Below, in pieces: positions 21,325 through 32,113 of a DNA stretch of 64,000 nt. A program made the translations under genes and the position numbers. The notes beneath the pieces were generated by a model that was not told where the DNA came from, ran no database searches, and worked only from the letters and a program-made list of their open reading frames with translations. Each line of letters opens with the position of its first letter. Within the stretch, counting starts at the first letter, position 1. This DNA is from an uncultured Chloroflexia bacterium (GTDB taxonomy: Bacteria > Chloroflexota > Limnocylindria > Limnocylindrales > CSP1-4), in contig CAVSXV010000004.1 in assembly GCA_963731995.1 (NCBI GenBank), positions 64,973 through 128,972 on the forward strand. The letters run 5' to 3'.

Positions 21325-22722
21325 ATGATCCGCCGCCACGGCGGGATGTTGCGGGCGCTGCTCATGCTCACCGACGGCGCGCTGGCAGTTGCCATGAGCC
21401 TGGCCCTCTACCAGGGCCTGGCGCACCCCGACACCTCGCTGGGCCCCTTCCTCGACGCCTTCTGGGCGCGGGCCCTGGTCTATGGCCTCGCCTGGGTCGG
21501 GCTCCTCTACATCAACGGCGCATATCGACTGCGTGCCCACTGGACCCTCGCATCCGAAGCTCGCTCCGTGGTCCGGGCCACGTTCTGGCTATCGCTGCTC
21601 GGTATCAGCGTGCTGTGGCTCTCGGCTGCCGATCGCGCTGCCAGCGGCTGGGTCCTGCTTCTCTTCCCGTTGCAGGGTGTGCTGGCCATCATCATCCGGG
21701 CGGCGGTTCGGTCGACGTTCATGTACATGCGCCGCCAGGGCTACAACGTTCGCAACCTGCTCATCGTCGGGACCGGCACCGAGGCCACGGACTTCGGGCA
21801 GCTGGTGCGCGAACATAGCATTCTCGGCGTGCAGGTCGTGGGTTACCTCGGCGACGCGACGCCGGCCGGTGTGCCGCAGAGCCAGTACTGGGGCCCGTTC
21901 TCCGACCTGCCCCGGGTCCTCAATGACCGAGTGGTGGACGAGGTGGCGATCTGTGTCCGTGACGATCAATGGCCGGACGTCGAGCCACTCGCCCAGTTGG
22001 CGCACGAGCAGGGGAAGCTGATCCGTGTGCCGCTTCAGGTACCGAGACTGCTCTCGTCGGATCGCACTCTCGAGGAGCTCGACGGGCAGGCGGTACTGTC
22101 ATACGCCTACGGCCCCGACGAGCTCGTGGGTCCCGCGCTCAAGCGTGCCTTCGACATCGCCGCTTCCGCTACGGCCCTGGTGCTGCTCTCGCCGCTCATC
22201 CTGGGCATCGCGGCCGTGCTTCGGATCCGGCAGGGACCCGGGGTGATCTTCCGTCAGCAGCGGATCGGCCTGCATGGTCGGCCGTTCACCATCCTCAAGT
22301 ATCGTACGATGGTCGCGGACGCCGAGGAGCGCTACTCGGAGGTCGCTGGCCGGAGCCATACGAGCGGCGCCGCCTTCAAGCTGGTGGGTGACCCACGTGT
22401 CACCCCGGTAGGGAAGTGGCTCCGCCGCTATAGTCTCGACGAGTTGCCCCAGTTCGTGAACGTCCTGAAGGGCGAGATGAGTATCGTAGGCCCCAGACCA
22501 GCACCGCCTCGCGAGGTTGAGGAGTACGACATATGGCACCGACGCCGCCTCTCGATGAAGCCGGGCATCACCGGCCTCTGGCAGATCACCTCCAGACTGG
22601 ACGAGGACTTCGATCACCGGGCAGAGCTCGATCTGGCCTACATCGACCGATGGTCGATCTGGCTCGACGCGTCGATCGTGCTCAGGACCATCCCGGCCGT
22701 CCTGCGGAAGCCGGGACATTGA
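21325..22722 (+). CDS. Polyprenyl-phosphate glycosyl-1-phosphate transferase (WbaP/EpsB-type priming sugar transferase)
   Basis: N-terminal TM bundle, then a Rossmann-like segment 'NLLIVGTGTEATDFGQLV'. The C-terminal bacterial sugar-transferase domain is 'FDIAASATALVLLSPLILGIA...RIGLHGRPFTILKYRTM...SLDELPQFVNVLKGEMSIVGPRP...KPGITGLWQI'. The start is chosen at ATG 21325 (RBS agga 8 nt upstream). Confidence 0.85.
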   Translation: MIRRHGGMLRALLMLTDGALAVAMSLALYQGLAHPDTSLGPFLDAFWARALVYGLAWVGLLYINGAYRLRAHWTLASEARSVVRATFWLSLLGISVLWLSAADRAASGWVLLLFPLQGVLAIIIRAAVRSTFMYMRRQGYNVRNLLIVGTGTEATDFGQLVREHSILGVQVVGYLGDATPAGVPQSQYWGPFSDLPRVLNDRVVDEVAICVRDDQWPDVEPLAQLAHEQGKLIRVPLQVPRLLSSDRTLEELDGQAVLSYAYGPDELVGPALKRAFDIAASATALVLLSPLILGIAAVLRIRQGPGVIFRQQRIGLHGRPFTILKYRTMVADAEERYSEVAGRSHTSGAAFKLVGDPRVTPVGKWLRRYSLDELPQFVNVLKGEMSIVGPRPAPPREVEEYDIWHRRRLSMKPGITGLWQITSRLDEDFDHRAELDLAYIDRWSIWLDASIVLRTIPAVLRKPGH

Positions 22723-24197
22723 GGCGCAGCCTTCGGCCACTCATCGCGCTGGGCCTCCTGGTCGCGCTGGTGGTGCCCGTCTCGGTCGGCGCCGTGATCG
22801 ACCCTTCGTCCGGAGACGGAGCTGTCGTCGTCTTCGACAATCCGAAGCCGACCCCAAAGCCGGACTCGGGATCGGCCTCTGGCCCCGACCAGACGCCCAA
22901 GCCCACACCCAAGGCGACGAAGGCACCCAACAAGAAGCCCCAGCGCACGCCGAAGCCCACGCCCAAGCCCACGCCCAAGCCGATCTGGGTCACCTCTCCG
23001 GTGGCTGCGGCATTCGTCCCGTCGACCACCACGCTGGTGATCGGGGTCAACGGTGACCCTGCTATCCGCGCTCCGCTCCAGATCGCCCTCGACAATGACT
23101 TCCTCGAGAAGGCCGGCTTCACCTCGGTGAACCTGGTCGAGACCGACGACCCCATCGCCGACCTGCAGGCGGGCGATCTGCAGTTCGCCGTGGTCGATGC
23201 GATCGAAGCGGCCACCGCGTTCGCTGACGATCCCACGCTCCAGGTCGTCGCCGGCTACCAGAACTATGGCGGCGAAGATGGCGCGTACGGTGGGACGGTG
23301 CTCGTCGCGGCGCCCGGCCTCGTGGCCGACGAGCCTTCGACCGTCGCGGCCCTCACGCGCGGGTACGTCCGTGGACTCAAGAAGATGGCCAAGGCCGCCG
23401 GCAAGGACCTGTCGGCATTGGTCACGCCCTTCGCGCCCTTCAACGGTGGCTTCGGCTCGCGTTCGGACGGGGGTGGCCTCGGCCAGCTCTCGACGTACCT
23501 CAGCGAGGCGGCCTCGATGTCGACGTGGAGGCGCTGGTTTCGGAACACACGCTCAACCTGAGCCAGGCGTGGCTCGACATCTCTCCCAACCCGGTCACCA
23601 ACCTGGCCGGTGTGCCTGCCGTCAAGTCCATCACGGTGGCGCTGCCCGGTGGCGGGCCCAGCCCCATCGTGCTCGCAGACAAGTCCGGCTACTTCAAGTC
23701 CGCCGGGATCGGCAACGTCGAGATCAGTGACATCGAGGAGCCACTGCTGGCCTGCTCCAGGGTGAGCTCGACTTCGCCGTCATCGATCAGCTCGACGCGG
23801 TGGACGGCGCCATGCAGGGCTTGCCCCTGGTGGCGATCGCCGGTCACCGGAACTACGCCGCCGACGGCGAGTACGGCGGCGACCTGATCGCGGTCTCCAG
23901 GACTTCCTCGACCAGAATGGTGCGACCGTGAGGCCTTCCTGACCGCCTACGTGCGGGCCTTGCGCGACATCGAGGACTCCACCGAGTCCCTGTCTATGGT
24001 CCGTTCGATGGCGGGTTCGGGGACCGGGCCGAGGATTCCGGGTTGGCCGAGCTAGCGCGCTCGCGACCGAGGAGCTCGGCTCCGATGCCGACATCGGCGC
24101 CGTCGTCGATCCCACAGCGGTGCAGCGAGCCCAGACGTGGTGGGGCATCCCAGCCAATCCTGCCATCAACCCGGCGCGCCGACACGAGGAGGAGTAG
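22719..24197 (+). pseudogene. Secreted/anchored protein with a Pro-Thr-Lys-rich linker and two tandem periplasmic-binding-fold (SsuA/NMT1-like) repeats, frame-disrupted
   Basis: A candidate TTG start overlaps the WbaP-like stop. The TM segment is 'LIALGLLVALVVPV'. The low-complexity stretch 'KPTPKPDSGSASGPDQTPKPTPKATKAPNKKPQRTPKPTPKPTPKP' is at ~22852-22985. There is an internal duplication: 'DLQAGDLQFAVVDAIEAATAF...VVAGYQNYGGEDGAYGG' versus 'LLQGELDFAVIDQLDAVDGAMQGLPLVAIAGHRNYAADGEYGG'. The gene ends 'NPARRHEEE*' (stop 24195-24197). Confidence 0.45.
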
Positions 24198-24200
24198 CTG

Positions 24201-25085
24201 GTGCGCACTCGAATCCCCAGGCGGTCTCATCGCCATATTCCTGAGTGGCCTGCTGGTCATCGTGGGCGCCCTGCCCGTGATGGGCTACCAGCTCCCGATC
24301 AGGGCCAGGGTGTTCCTGTCAGGGCCCTCGGTAGTCAGGTGCGATCAGTCGGCGAAGATCGTCGCCAGGGTGATCGATATCCGCACGAAGAAGCCCGTCA
24401 GGGGCCAGCGCGTCAAATGGTCCTTCGCGGCCCGGCAGAGCGGCAAGGATCGTCTCAGCCCGCGGGTGACCACCACCAACAGCCAGGGCATCGCCCGCAC
24501 CCGGGTCAGTTCGGACCCAAGGCTGGCCAGCGTGTCATCAAGGCCAATAGCGGCAACGCCACGCCGGTCATCCGCATCCGATGTGCCGGCGGACTGCCCC
24601 TGACCTCGGTGCTGCCCGCCGGACGACTTCGACGAGCAGCCGCTCGCGGCCCTCAGCGAGCACGTCGAACCGCCCCCTGAAGCTCACCGTTCGCGCTGCC
24701 GGTAGCCAACATCCGGATGCCCCGCCTCGGCATCGACCTGCCAGTCCTCGAAGGCGACGGCTACCGCGCCCCTGACGACGCGGTCGCGCACTTCCCTGAT
24801 ACCGCCTGGCCCGGGGACGGCTCGAATACGTTCATCTACGCCCACGCCCGCGAAGGCAGTTCCTCGAGCTGTGGGACGCGCACCGGCGACCTGGTCGAGA
24901 TGGACATGGCCGACGGCATCTCGGCCGACTACCGCGTGACCGAGATCCATCCCGTCGTCGAATGGGATGCGCTCGAGTACGTGGCGTCGACCGACACCGA
25001 GATCCTCACGCTCCAGACATGTCTGGACTATGCGGAGACCTCTCCCCGCTTCGTGGTGATCGCGGAACGAATCCCGCCGACGTGA
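24201..25085 (+). pseudogene. Sortase-family transpeptidase with an N-terminal TM and an Ig-like segment, frame-disrupted
   Basis: 'LIAIFLSGLLVIVGALPVMGY' is the TM segment. 'VRCDQSAKIVARVIDIRTKKPVRGQRVKWSFAA...TTTNSQGIARTRV' is Big-like. The sortase core is 'MPRLGIDLPVLEGDG...FIYAHAREG...EILTLQTCLDY...RFVVIAERI', which carries the TLxTC Cys, a His and an Arg. Confidence 0.65.
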
Positions 25086-25091
25086 TCGCGC

Positions 25092-27112
25092 GTGACGGGC
25101 TACCCCCCGCCACCGCCGTCCCACCGCGACCGGCGACGGATCCAGCGGGGGCCGTCGGCGTCGTGGTCTGGGCTGTCTGCCGACAGCGCTCATCGCGGCC
25201 GTCGTGTGGCCGTGTCCGTCGGGCTCGTCGGCACGATCGGTGCTGCTCGGTACCTGCCGCTGGTCGACGACGTCCGGATGGTCCGCGACAGTGCGCGTGA
25301 CGCTTTCCGATCGCTTCAAGCAGCTCGAGCCTGCGGACCTGGACCGGACCGCGGTCGAAGACCTCCAGGCAGATTGCGGGCCTCGAGCGACACCTTGAGC
25401 CGTTGCGGGCGGCGCTCGACGACCCCTTGGCAGGCGCCGAGGTCGTGCCTCAGGTGGCCACACAGCTCGACGCGGCAGGTTCGCTGATCGCTGCCGCTGA
25501 TGCCTGGTCGAGGCAGCCGACATCGGGCTGGCCTGGCTGGCGAGGTGGTGACCATGCGCGAGGCCAACGCCGCCAGCGAGGACTACGAGCTCATGGCCGG
25601 ACTGGTCGAACTCATCGCCACGTCGGGTGACGAGGTCGATCGCTGGAGCAGCTCGTCTGACGCAGAGGGACACCTCGACGCCATCGATGACGACGCCGCA
25701 GCGCAGATCCGTGAGGCGCGCGACCTCATGGCTGGCCCGCTCGAGACCTACCGACCGCTGCTTGAGCAGTACCGCGAGCTCGACGACCTCGTCCCCGAGC
25801 TCATGGGCTGGGGAGGCGAGAAGCGATACCTGGTGCTGGCTCAGAACCCCGCGGAGCTGCGGCCGGCCGGTGGCTACACCGGAACCGTCGGGCTCATCGA
25901 CGGTGACGGACGGATCGCTGGTCGACAGCAGTTCGTCAACGTCTATGACCTTGACCTCCCGAAGGGCCTGCCCTTCATCAAGCCACCGGAGGAGCTGACC
26001 GAGAACCTGCTCGCACCCGACGAGAAGGGCAACCCGCAGTCCTGGCGACTGGCGGACGCGACATGGTCGGCGGACTTCCCGACCGGCGCGGCGACGGCCG
26101 CTGAGTTCTACGCCATCGAGACGGACGGCGTCGAGGTCGATGGAGTCATCGCCTTGACGACCTACGCCCTCGACCGTCTGCTCGAGGTGGTGGGTCCGGT
26201 GGACGTGCCGGCCTACGACGTCATGGTCGAGCCCGGCGACGTGACGCTGACCCTGCTGGGGGCCACTCGCGGAGCGCCCGGCGACCTCAAGGGCCGCAAG
26301 GACGTGCTCGACGCACTGGCCCGCGAGGTGACGCAGCGGCTGACGTCACTGCCGCCGGACCAGTGGGGCTCGACGGTCGAAGCGCTCGAGGACATCGGCC
26401 GGGAGAAGATGGCGATGATCTGGCTGGCGGACGATGAGGCCCAGCAAGTGGTCGTCGACAGCGGCTGGGCGGGCAGGTGCGCCAGGATCCGGGCGACTAC
26501 CTCTACGTGGTGGAGTCGAACGTCGCGCCGACATCCAAGTACAACCTCGTGGTCGATCGCTCCGACTCGCTCGTGGTCCAGCTCGACGAGGAAGGGAATG
26601 CCCTCAACAGCCTGCGTCTCGATTGGGAGAACCACGCGGACGAAGAAGGCGAGCCGTATCGAGACCCTGCGCGAGTCCTCGGAGAACGAGGATGGCTGGT
26701 ACGGCGCATACACCCGCGTCCTGGTGCCCACGGGCGGCGAGCTCGTCAACCGTGCGCGGCGAGACGAGTTCGGCTCCATCGGTTGGGCCGATCGGGAGAG
26801 GAAGAGGCCGGTCGGCAGAGCTACGGCAACTACGTGCTGATGACCCCGGGCGAGTCCACGCTGAGCTACCTGTGGTCGGTGCCGGAGCGTGGCGGTGGAG
26901 ACAGATGCAGGCTGGGAGTACCGGCTGGTGATCCAGAAGCAGCCCGGCGCGCGTCCATTCCCGACGTCGGTTCGAATCAACCTGCCCGATGGTGCTGTCG
27001 TCGCCGAAGCCACCGAGGGGCGACGGTGGATGGCGACCGCGTCCGCTACGAAGCTGACCTGGACAAGGACATCGAGTTGCGCGTGCTCTACCAGCTCGCG
27101 GCCGCAGACTAG
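25092..27112 (+). pseudogene. DUF4012-domain envelope protein, heavily frame-disrupted
   Basis: The hallmark string 'RYLVLAQNPAELRPAGGYTGTVGLI' is in ORF 25500..26840. The N-terminal TM and coiled regions and the C-terminal 'YLYVVESNVAPTSKYNLVV...YRLVIQKQPGARPFPTSVRINLPDG...VLYQLAAAD*' are spread over all three frames (~8 switches). Confidence 0.65.
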
Positions 27113-27132
27113 GCCTCGGGCCTGGTGGAGGA

Positions 27133-27852
27133 CTAGTCTTCGTCGGCAGCCATGGTGGCCGCTTCGAGCAGTGACTCGATCGTGCCCGCATCGTGCCACC
27201 GACCCTCGTAGTGGCGGGTGAAGAGCCCACCGTCGTCGATGTAGTGGTTGAGCACGTCGGTGATCTCGAACTCTCCTCGGCCCGAAGGGCTGAGGTGCTT
27301 GATCACGCCGAAGGCGTCGGGTCGGAGGAAGTAGACCCCGATCGGGATCGAGTCGCTCTTGGGTGCCTCGGGCTTCTCCTCGAACCCGACGACCTGGCCC
27401 TGCTCATCGAACTCGGCGACGCCGAAGCGCGTCGGGTCATCCACGTGGTACAGCAAGGTGCCCGCACCCCATGGTCCGGCCTCGAACTCGGAGGCGACGT
27501 CAGCGAGCGCGTCACCTCGCAGGATGTTGTCGCCGAGGACCACGCAGAAGGCCTCGTCGCCGACGAACTCACGGACCAGGCCGATGGCATGGGCGATGCC
27601 CAGCGAGTCGCGCTGGTAGCGGTAGCTCAGGTCCAGCCCGAAGTCCTGCCCATCGGAGAGCAGCTCCACGATGTCGCCGATGCTGCGCCCTCCGAGGATG
27701 ACCATGACCTCGTCGATGCCCATCCCGGCCAGCGTCTGCAGCGGGAAGTAGATCATCGGCCGGTCGTGGACCGGCAGCAGGTGCTTGTTGGTGACCAGCG
27801 TCAGCGGATGCAGGCGTGAGCCCGTTCCGCCAGCCAGGACGACCCCTTTCAT
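27133..27852 (-). CDS. rmlA: Glucose-1-phosphate thymidylyltransferase (short-form sugar nucleotidyltransferase)
   Basis: Intact 239-aa ORF with 'MKGVVLAGGTGSRLHPLTLVTNKHLLPV', 'GIAHAIGL', 'VVLGDNIL' and 'EKPEAPKSDSIPIGVYF'. Confidence 0.85.
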   Translation of the reverse strand: MKGVVLAGGTGSRLHPLTLVTNKHLLPVHDRPMIYFPLQTLAGMGIDEVMVILGGRSIGDIVELLSDGQDFGLDLSYRYQRDSLGIAHAIGLVREFVGDEAFCVVLGDNILRGDALADVASEFEAGPWGAGTLLYHVDDPTRFGVAEFDEQGQVVGFEEKPEAPKSDSIPIGVYFLRPDAFGVIKHLSPSGRGEFEITDVLNHYIDDGGLFTRHYEGRWHDAGTIESLLEAATMAADED

Positions 27853-27969
27853 GTGCCGGACCTTCCTCCCTGGTAGATGTGCCTGCGAACCTTACCAAGC
27901 ACAGGCGCCATACTGTCGGCTACAGCCGTATCGCCGTGAGCAAGGACAGGGAGGCCGGACCGCCGTTCG

Positions 27970-28920
27970 ATGAGTGCCACGTCCAGGACGCTGCTGGAGC
28001 CCACCAGGCCGGGGCGTTCCCAGGTCGATGTCACCATCGTCGTGGTCGACTACCGGAACCCTGAGCTGCTTGGCCGATGCCTGGCCCACCTGTTCGCGTC
28101 AGAGGCGACGCCGTCAGACGTGGTGGTCGTCAACGTCGACCCGGTCACGGAGCTCCGACTTCCAGCGTCGCTGACCGATAACGTCGATGGGCCGCGGCTG
28201 CATGTGACCACAACCACCGACAACCCGGGCTACGCGGCCGCGTGTAATCGCGGGGCAGCTGGCGTCGAGACCGAATGGATCCTGTTCCTCAACTCCGACG
28301 TCTTGCTGGAGCGGGAGACGCTGGGACGGGTCTTGGCGGAAGCGGCGGGCGACCCAGCCATCGGCATCGTGACCCCGCGCCTGGACCGACCAGACGGCAG
28401 CCTCGACCACGCCTGTCATCGAGGCATCCCGACCCCGCTCGACTCGATCTGGTACAAGACTGGGATCGACCGGCTGCGGCCAGGATCGAGGCGCTTCGGC
28501 CGCTACCGCATGACGTGGCTCGATCCCCGCGAGGTGCATGACGTCGAGGCCTGCACGGGCGCGTTTCTGCTCATTCGGCGTGAGGCGCTCGAGGCGGTCG
28601 ATGGCTGGGACGAGCGCTACTGGTTCTACGCGGAAGATCTCGACCTGTGCCTCCGTGTGACCCAGGCCGGCTGGCGCGTGCGCTATGTGGGCACCGCCTC
28701 GGCCGTGCACCTGAAGGGTGTCTCGAGCCACCTGCGCCGGCCTGACGACGAACTCGATGAGGAGCAGCGCCAGACTCGACGACGGGTGCAACGCGCGATC
28801 GTGGAGTCACATCAGCGCTTCTATCACGAGCACCTCGAAGCCGACACCGCGCGTCCCCTGCGACCGCTGGTGGAAGCGATGTTCGCCCTGCAGCGTCGGG
28901 TCGCCGAGCGGGTGCGATGA
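27970..28920 (+). CDS. GT2-family glycosyltransferase (rhamnosyltransferase-like)
   Basis: Intact 316-aa ORF with 'VTIVVVDYRNPELLGRCLAHL', 'NPGYAAACNRGAA' and 'ILFLNSDVLLE' (DxD-type). The late block is 'CTGAFLLIRREALEAVDGWDERYWFYAEDLDLCLR'. Confidence 0.8.
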   Translation: MSATSRTLLEPTRPGRSQVDVTIVVVDYRNPELLGRCLAHLFASEATPSDVVVVNVDPVTELRLPASLTDNVDGPRLHVTTTTDNPGYAAACNRGAAGVETEWILFLNSDVLLERETLGRVLAEAAGDPAIGIVTPRLDRPDGSLDHACHRGIPTPLDSIWYKTGIDRLRPGSRRFGRYRMTWLDPREVHDVEACTGAFLLIRREALEAVDGWDERYWFYAEDLDLCLRVTQAGWRVRYVGTASAVHLKGVSSHLRRPDDELDEEQRQTRRRVQRAIVESHQRFYHEHLEADTARPLRPLVEAMFALQRRVAERVR

Positions 28921-31900
28921 GCGACCGAAGAGCGCCGGCGGTGACCATCTCGCTGGTCACCTGGAACGGCTTGCGCTGGCTGCCCGGGTGCCTCGACTCG
29001 GTCGCCGCCCAGACGCTGGACGACTACGAGCTGCTCGTGCTGGACAACGGCTCGGACGACGGCAGCAGCGACTGGCTCGAGGAGCGGGCTGCCACCGACG
29101 AGCGCATCACCTTCGTCCGCTCGGCGACCAACCTGGGTTACGCGCGGGGCCACAACCGCAATATCGAAGCTGCCCGTGGCGAGGCGGTGCTGCTCCTGAA
29201 CCAGGACGTGGAACTTGCGCCCGGCTTCCTGGCCGCGACCGTCTCCGCCCTCGCCGATCACCCCGAGGCCGGCTCCGTGCAGGCCCGGCTGCGCCGGTTG
29301 TCCGCTGCGGGCGAGCGCATCGATGTCATCGACACCACCGGCCTCGGTATGCAGCGCGACCGGCGGGTGGTGAGTCGCGGGCAGCTGACGCAGGACGCCC
29401 CCGGACGGTGGGACACAGCCGGTCCGGTCTGGGGTGTCGACGGCGCGGCCCCGGTCTATCGACGTGCCGCGCTCGAGTCGTCCCGCCTGCCGCGGACCGC
29501 GGGCGGCCAGGAGGTGCTCGACGAGGACTTCTTCAGCTACAAGGAGGACGTCGACCTCGCGTGGCGGCTACGACGTCTGGGCTGGACTGCCTGGTACGAG
29601 CCCACGGCGATCGCCTGGCATGCTCGCGGTGGAGGCGACACCGGAGCGACCGGCTGGCGCGCCGTCGTCCGGGCCAACATGTCCAATCCGCCCCATGTGC
29701 GAGCGCTCTCGTGGCGCAACCACCGCCTGATGCAGCTGAAGAACGAGGAGCCGAGGGCGTTCCTGCGCGACCTGCCCTGGATCGCCCGGCGTGAGCTGCA
29801 GGCGTGGGTCTTCATGCTGGTGGCCGACCCACGCCGCCTGGCGGCGGTCCCCGAGCTCCTGCGGGGAATGCCGGCCGCGAGACGCAAGCGTCGCGCGCTG
29901 GCCGCACGGTCGCTCGGGACGACCCATCCCGGAGCGCGCCCGCGCAGTGCCGCGTCGTCGGCGAGGCTGGCGTCGCGGCTGCGGGTCACCAACTTCGGAC
30001 GGGCGACCGCACACCTGCGCCGGCGGGGTCCCCGCGCCACCGTCGAGCGTGTCGTCGACGAGCTGCGCGAGCAGGTCTGGGTCGCTCGCCACGGTTCTGG
30101 TGCGGTCGACGGCATCCACCAGAACGGGGCAGGCGCGATCTCGGCCAGGCTCGACCGTCCACGCTTCGATGGCTACGAGGGCTCGCCGTTCCTGGGCCTG
30201 CTCGGCTGGGCGTATGCCAGGGCTGGGATCGCCTCCGTGGACGTCTATCTCGATGGCCAGCGGGTGGGTGCGGCGACGATCGGTCGAGCACGTCCGGATG
30301 TCACCTCTGCCTGGAAGCATCTCGACGAGGCCGAGATCGAAGGTTTCAGCGCGGTGATCGGGCTCGACGGGGTCGCGGCAGGCCCCCGACTGGTCTCGGT
30401 CGTGATCCGCGATGGTGCCGGCCACGTACGCATCCTCAGTCGCCGGTTCCGGCGCCTCGATGCGGTGGCCGAGTACGCACGCATCGCCGAGCGTGCTGAG
30501 GCGGGAGGGGCTTCCGGAGCGATCGTTGCTCCGGCTGGAAGGTCGGCCGACGATCGTGTGGTCCACTTGGTCGTGTTCGACCGCGAAGACGGCGACCTGC
30601 AAGCGACGCTGCGGTCCATCGCCCGACAGACTGCCCAGGACGTGGCGTTGCGTCATCGTCGCGACCGAGGCGTCCGCCGAAGCCGTCCAGGCGGTGGGTC
30701 GCGAATCCCTGGGATCCGGGGTCGACCATCGCTGGTCGGTGGTCACGGACCGGTCTCGGGTGCTTCCAGAGACGGTGGAACCACATGAGCTGGTCGGGTT
30801 CCTGCGGGCGGGTGAGACGCTCGCCCCGTCTGCGCTCGCCGAGCTATCGGCCGTCGCCGGCGTGGACGCCGGAACCGTCTATGCCGACCACGACTCGGTG
30901 GACAGCGAGGGCGTTCATCGAGACCCCTGGTTCGTGCCCGACTGGTCCCCGGAACGGCTCCTGTCGCAGGACTACATCGGAGGTGCGTTCCTCGTTCGCG
31001 ATGGAGCGGAGCTTCGCGCCGCGTTGGCGCGACCGGTGGCCGACTTCGGGAGCGACGCCTGGCGCTACGGACTGCTGCTCGAGATGGGTACCTCGGCGAG
31101 TGAGGTGCGTCACGTCCCTCGCGTGCTCTGGTCGCGGCCGAGCACGGACGTGCGGGATGCGGCGGCCGAGGCCCAGGTCGTTCGAGCTGAGTTCGAGCGG
31201 CGAGGGGTGCCAGTGCCCGAGATCGCCACGCGCGAAGGCGACAGCGGCCCGGTCCGCTCGATCCTGCGCGCGACTGCCCGACACGAGGCCCACCGTCTCG
31301 ATCATCGTGCCGACCACCGGCCGCCGGGAGCTGGTGGCCGATCTCCTCGGCCTGCTCGACGAACGGACGGCCTACGAACCCAGGGAGGTCGTGGTCCTCG
31401 ACAACAGCCGCGGCCGGAACCCCGACGGCATCGCGCTGCTCGCGGAAGCGGGCGTGACGCTGGTGGAGTGTGATGAGCCGTTCAACTGGGCTCGTCTCAG
31501 CAATATCGGGGCCGCACGGGCGAGCGGCGAGCTGCTGCTGTTCCTCAACGACGACATGCACGCTGACGACCGCGGCTGGCTCGACGCGCTGGTGCAGCTG
31601 GCACTCGAGCCGGACGTCGGCGCCGTGGGGCCGCTGCTCCTCTATCCGGATGGCACGATCCAGCACGCCGGCATCTTCCTCGTGGGGCACGGGGGCGGAG
31701 CCGCTCACCTCTTGCAGGGACTCGATCCGGCGGATGATCTCTATCTCGACCTCCAGCACCTGACACGCGAGGTGAGCGCGGTGACCGGCGCCTGCCTGCT
31801 GGTGCGTCGCGAGGCGTTCGAAGAGGTCGGCGGCTTCGACGAGCGCTTCCGGGTGAGTGGCAACGACGTGGACCTCTGTCTCCGCCTCAACGCATCCGGC

Positions 31901-32113
31901 CGCCGAGTCCTGTGGACGCCGCAGAGCGTGCTCTTCCACGAAGAGGGACGATCACGACGGGGGGTCGACTACCTCGGCGACGAAGGGCGCTTGTGGGAGC
32001 GTTGGGGCGACCTGCTGGCGTCGGGCGATCGCTACTACAACCCCAACCTCTCCGAGGACCGGGTCGACTGCGACCTTGACTGGTCGCGCTTGTTCCGAAG
32101 CGGCGGGCGCTAG
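28917..32113 (+). pseudogene. Very large (~1065 aa) multidomain glycosyltransferase with three GT2-type modules; two frame disruptions (~30640, ~31290)
   Basis: Module 1: 'VTISLVTWNGLRWLPGCLDSVAAQT...LVLDNGSDDGS...NLGYARGHN...LLLNQDVEL' (ORF 28917..30788). Middle module: 'VHLVVFDREDGDLQATLRSIARQT...VYADHDSVDSEG...YIGGAFLVRDG' (frame of ORF 30412). Module 3: 'VSIIVPTTGRRELVADLL...VVVLDNS...LLFLNDDMH...VTGACLLVRREAFEEVGGFDERF...NDVDLCLRL' (ORF 30785..32113). Confidence 0.7.

Noticed and set aside
22852-22985. Nucleotide-level repeat or mobile-element remnant in the 'aagcccacgcccaagccc' region
   Set aside because: It is in frame and translates to a Pro-Thr-Lys linker (KPTPKP...) between a TM anchor and folded domains. 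This is a low-complexity coding region, not an independent repeat element.
26950-26975. tRNA-like T-loop string 'ggttcgaatc'
   Set aside because: The flanking bases do not form a T-stem (gtcgg versus caacc), and no acceptor or anticodon arms can be drawn. The string lies inside the DUF4012 coding path ('TSVRINLPDG').
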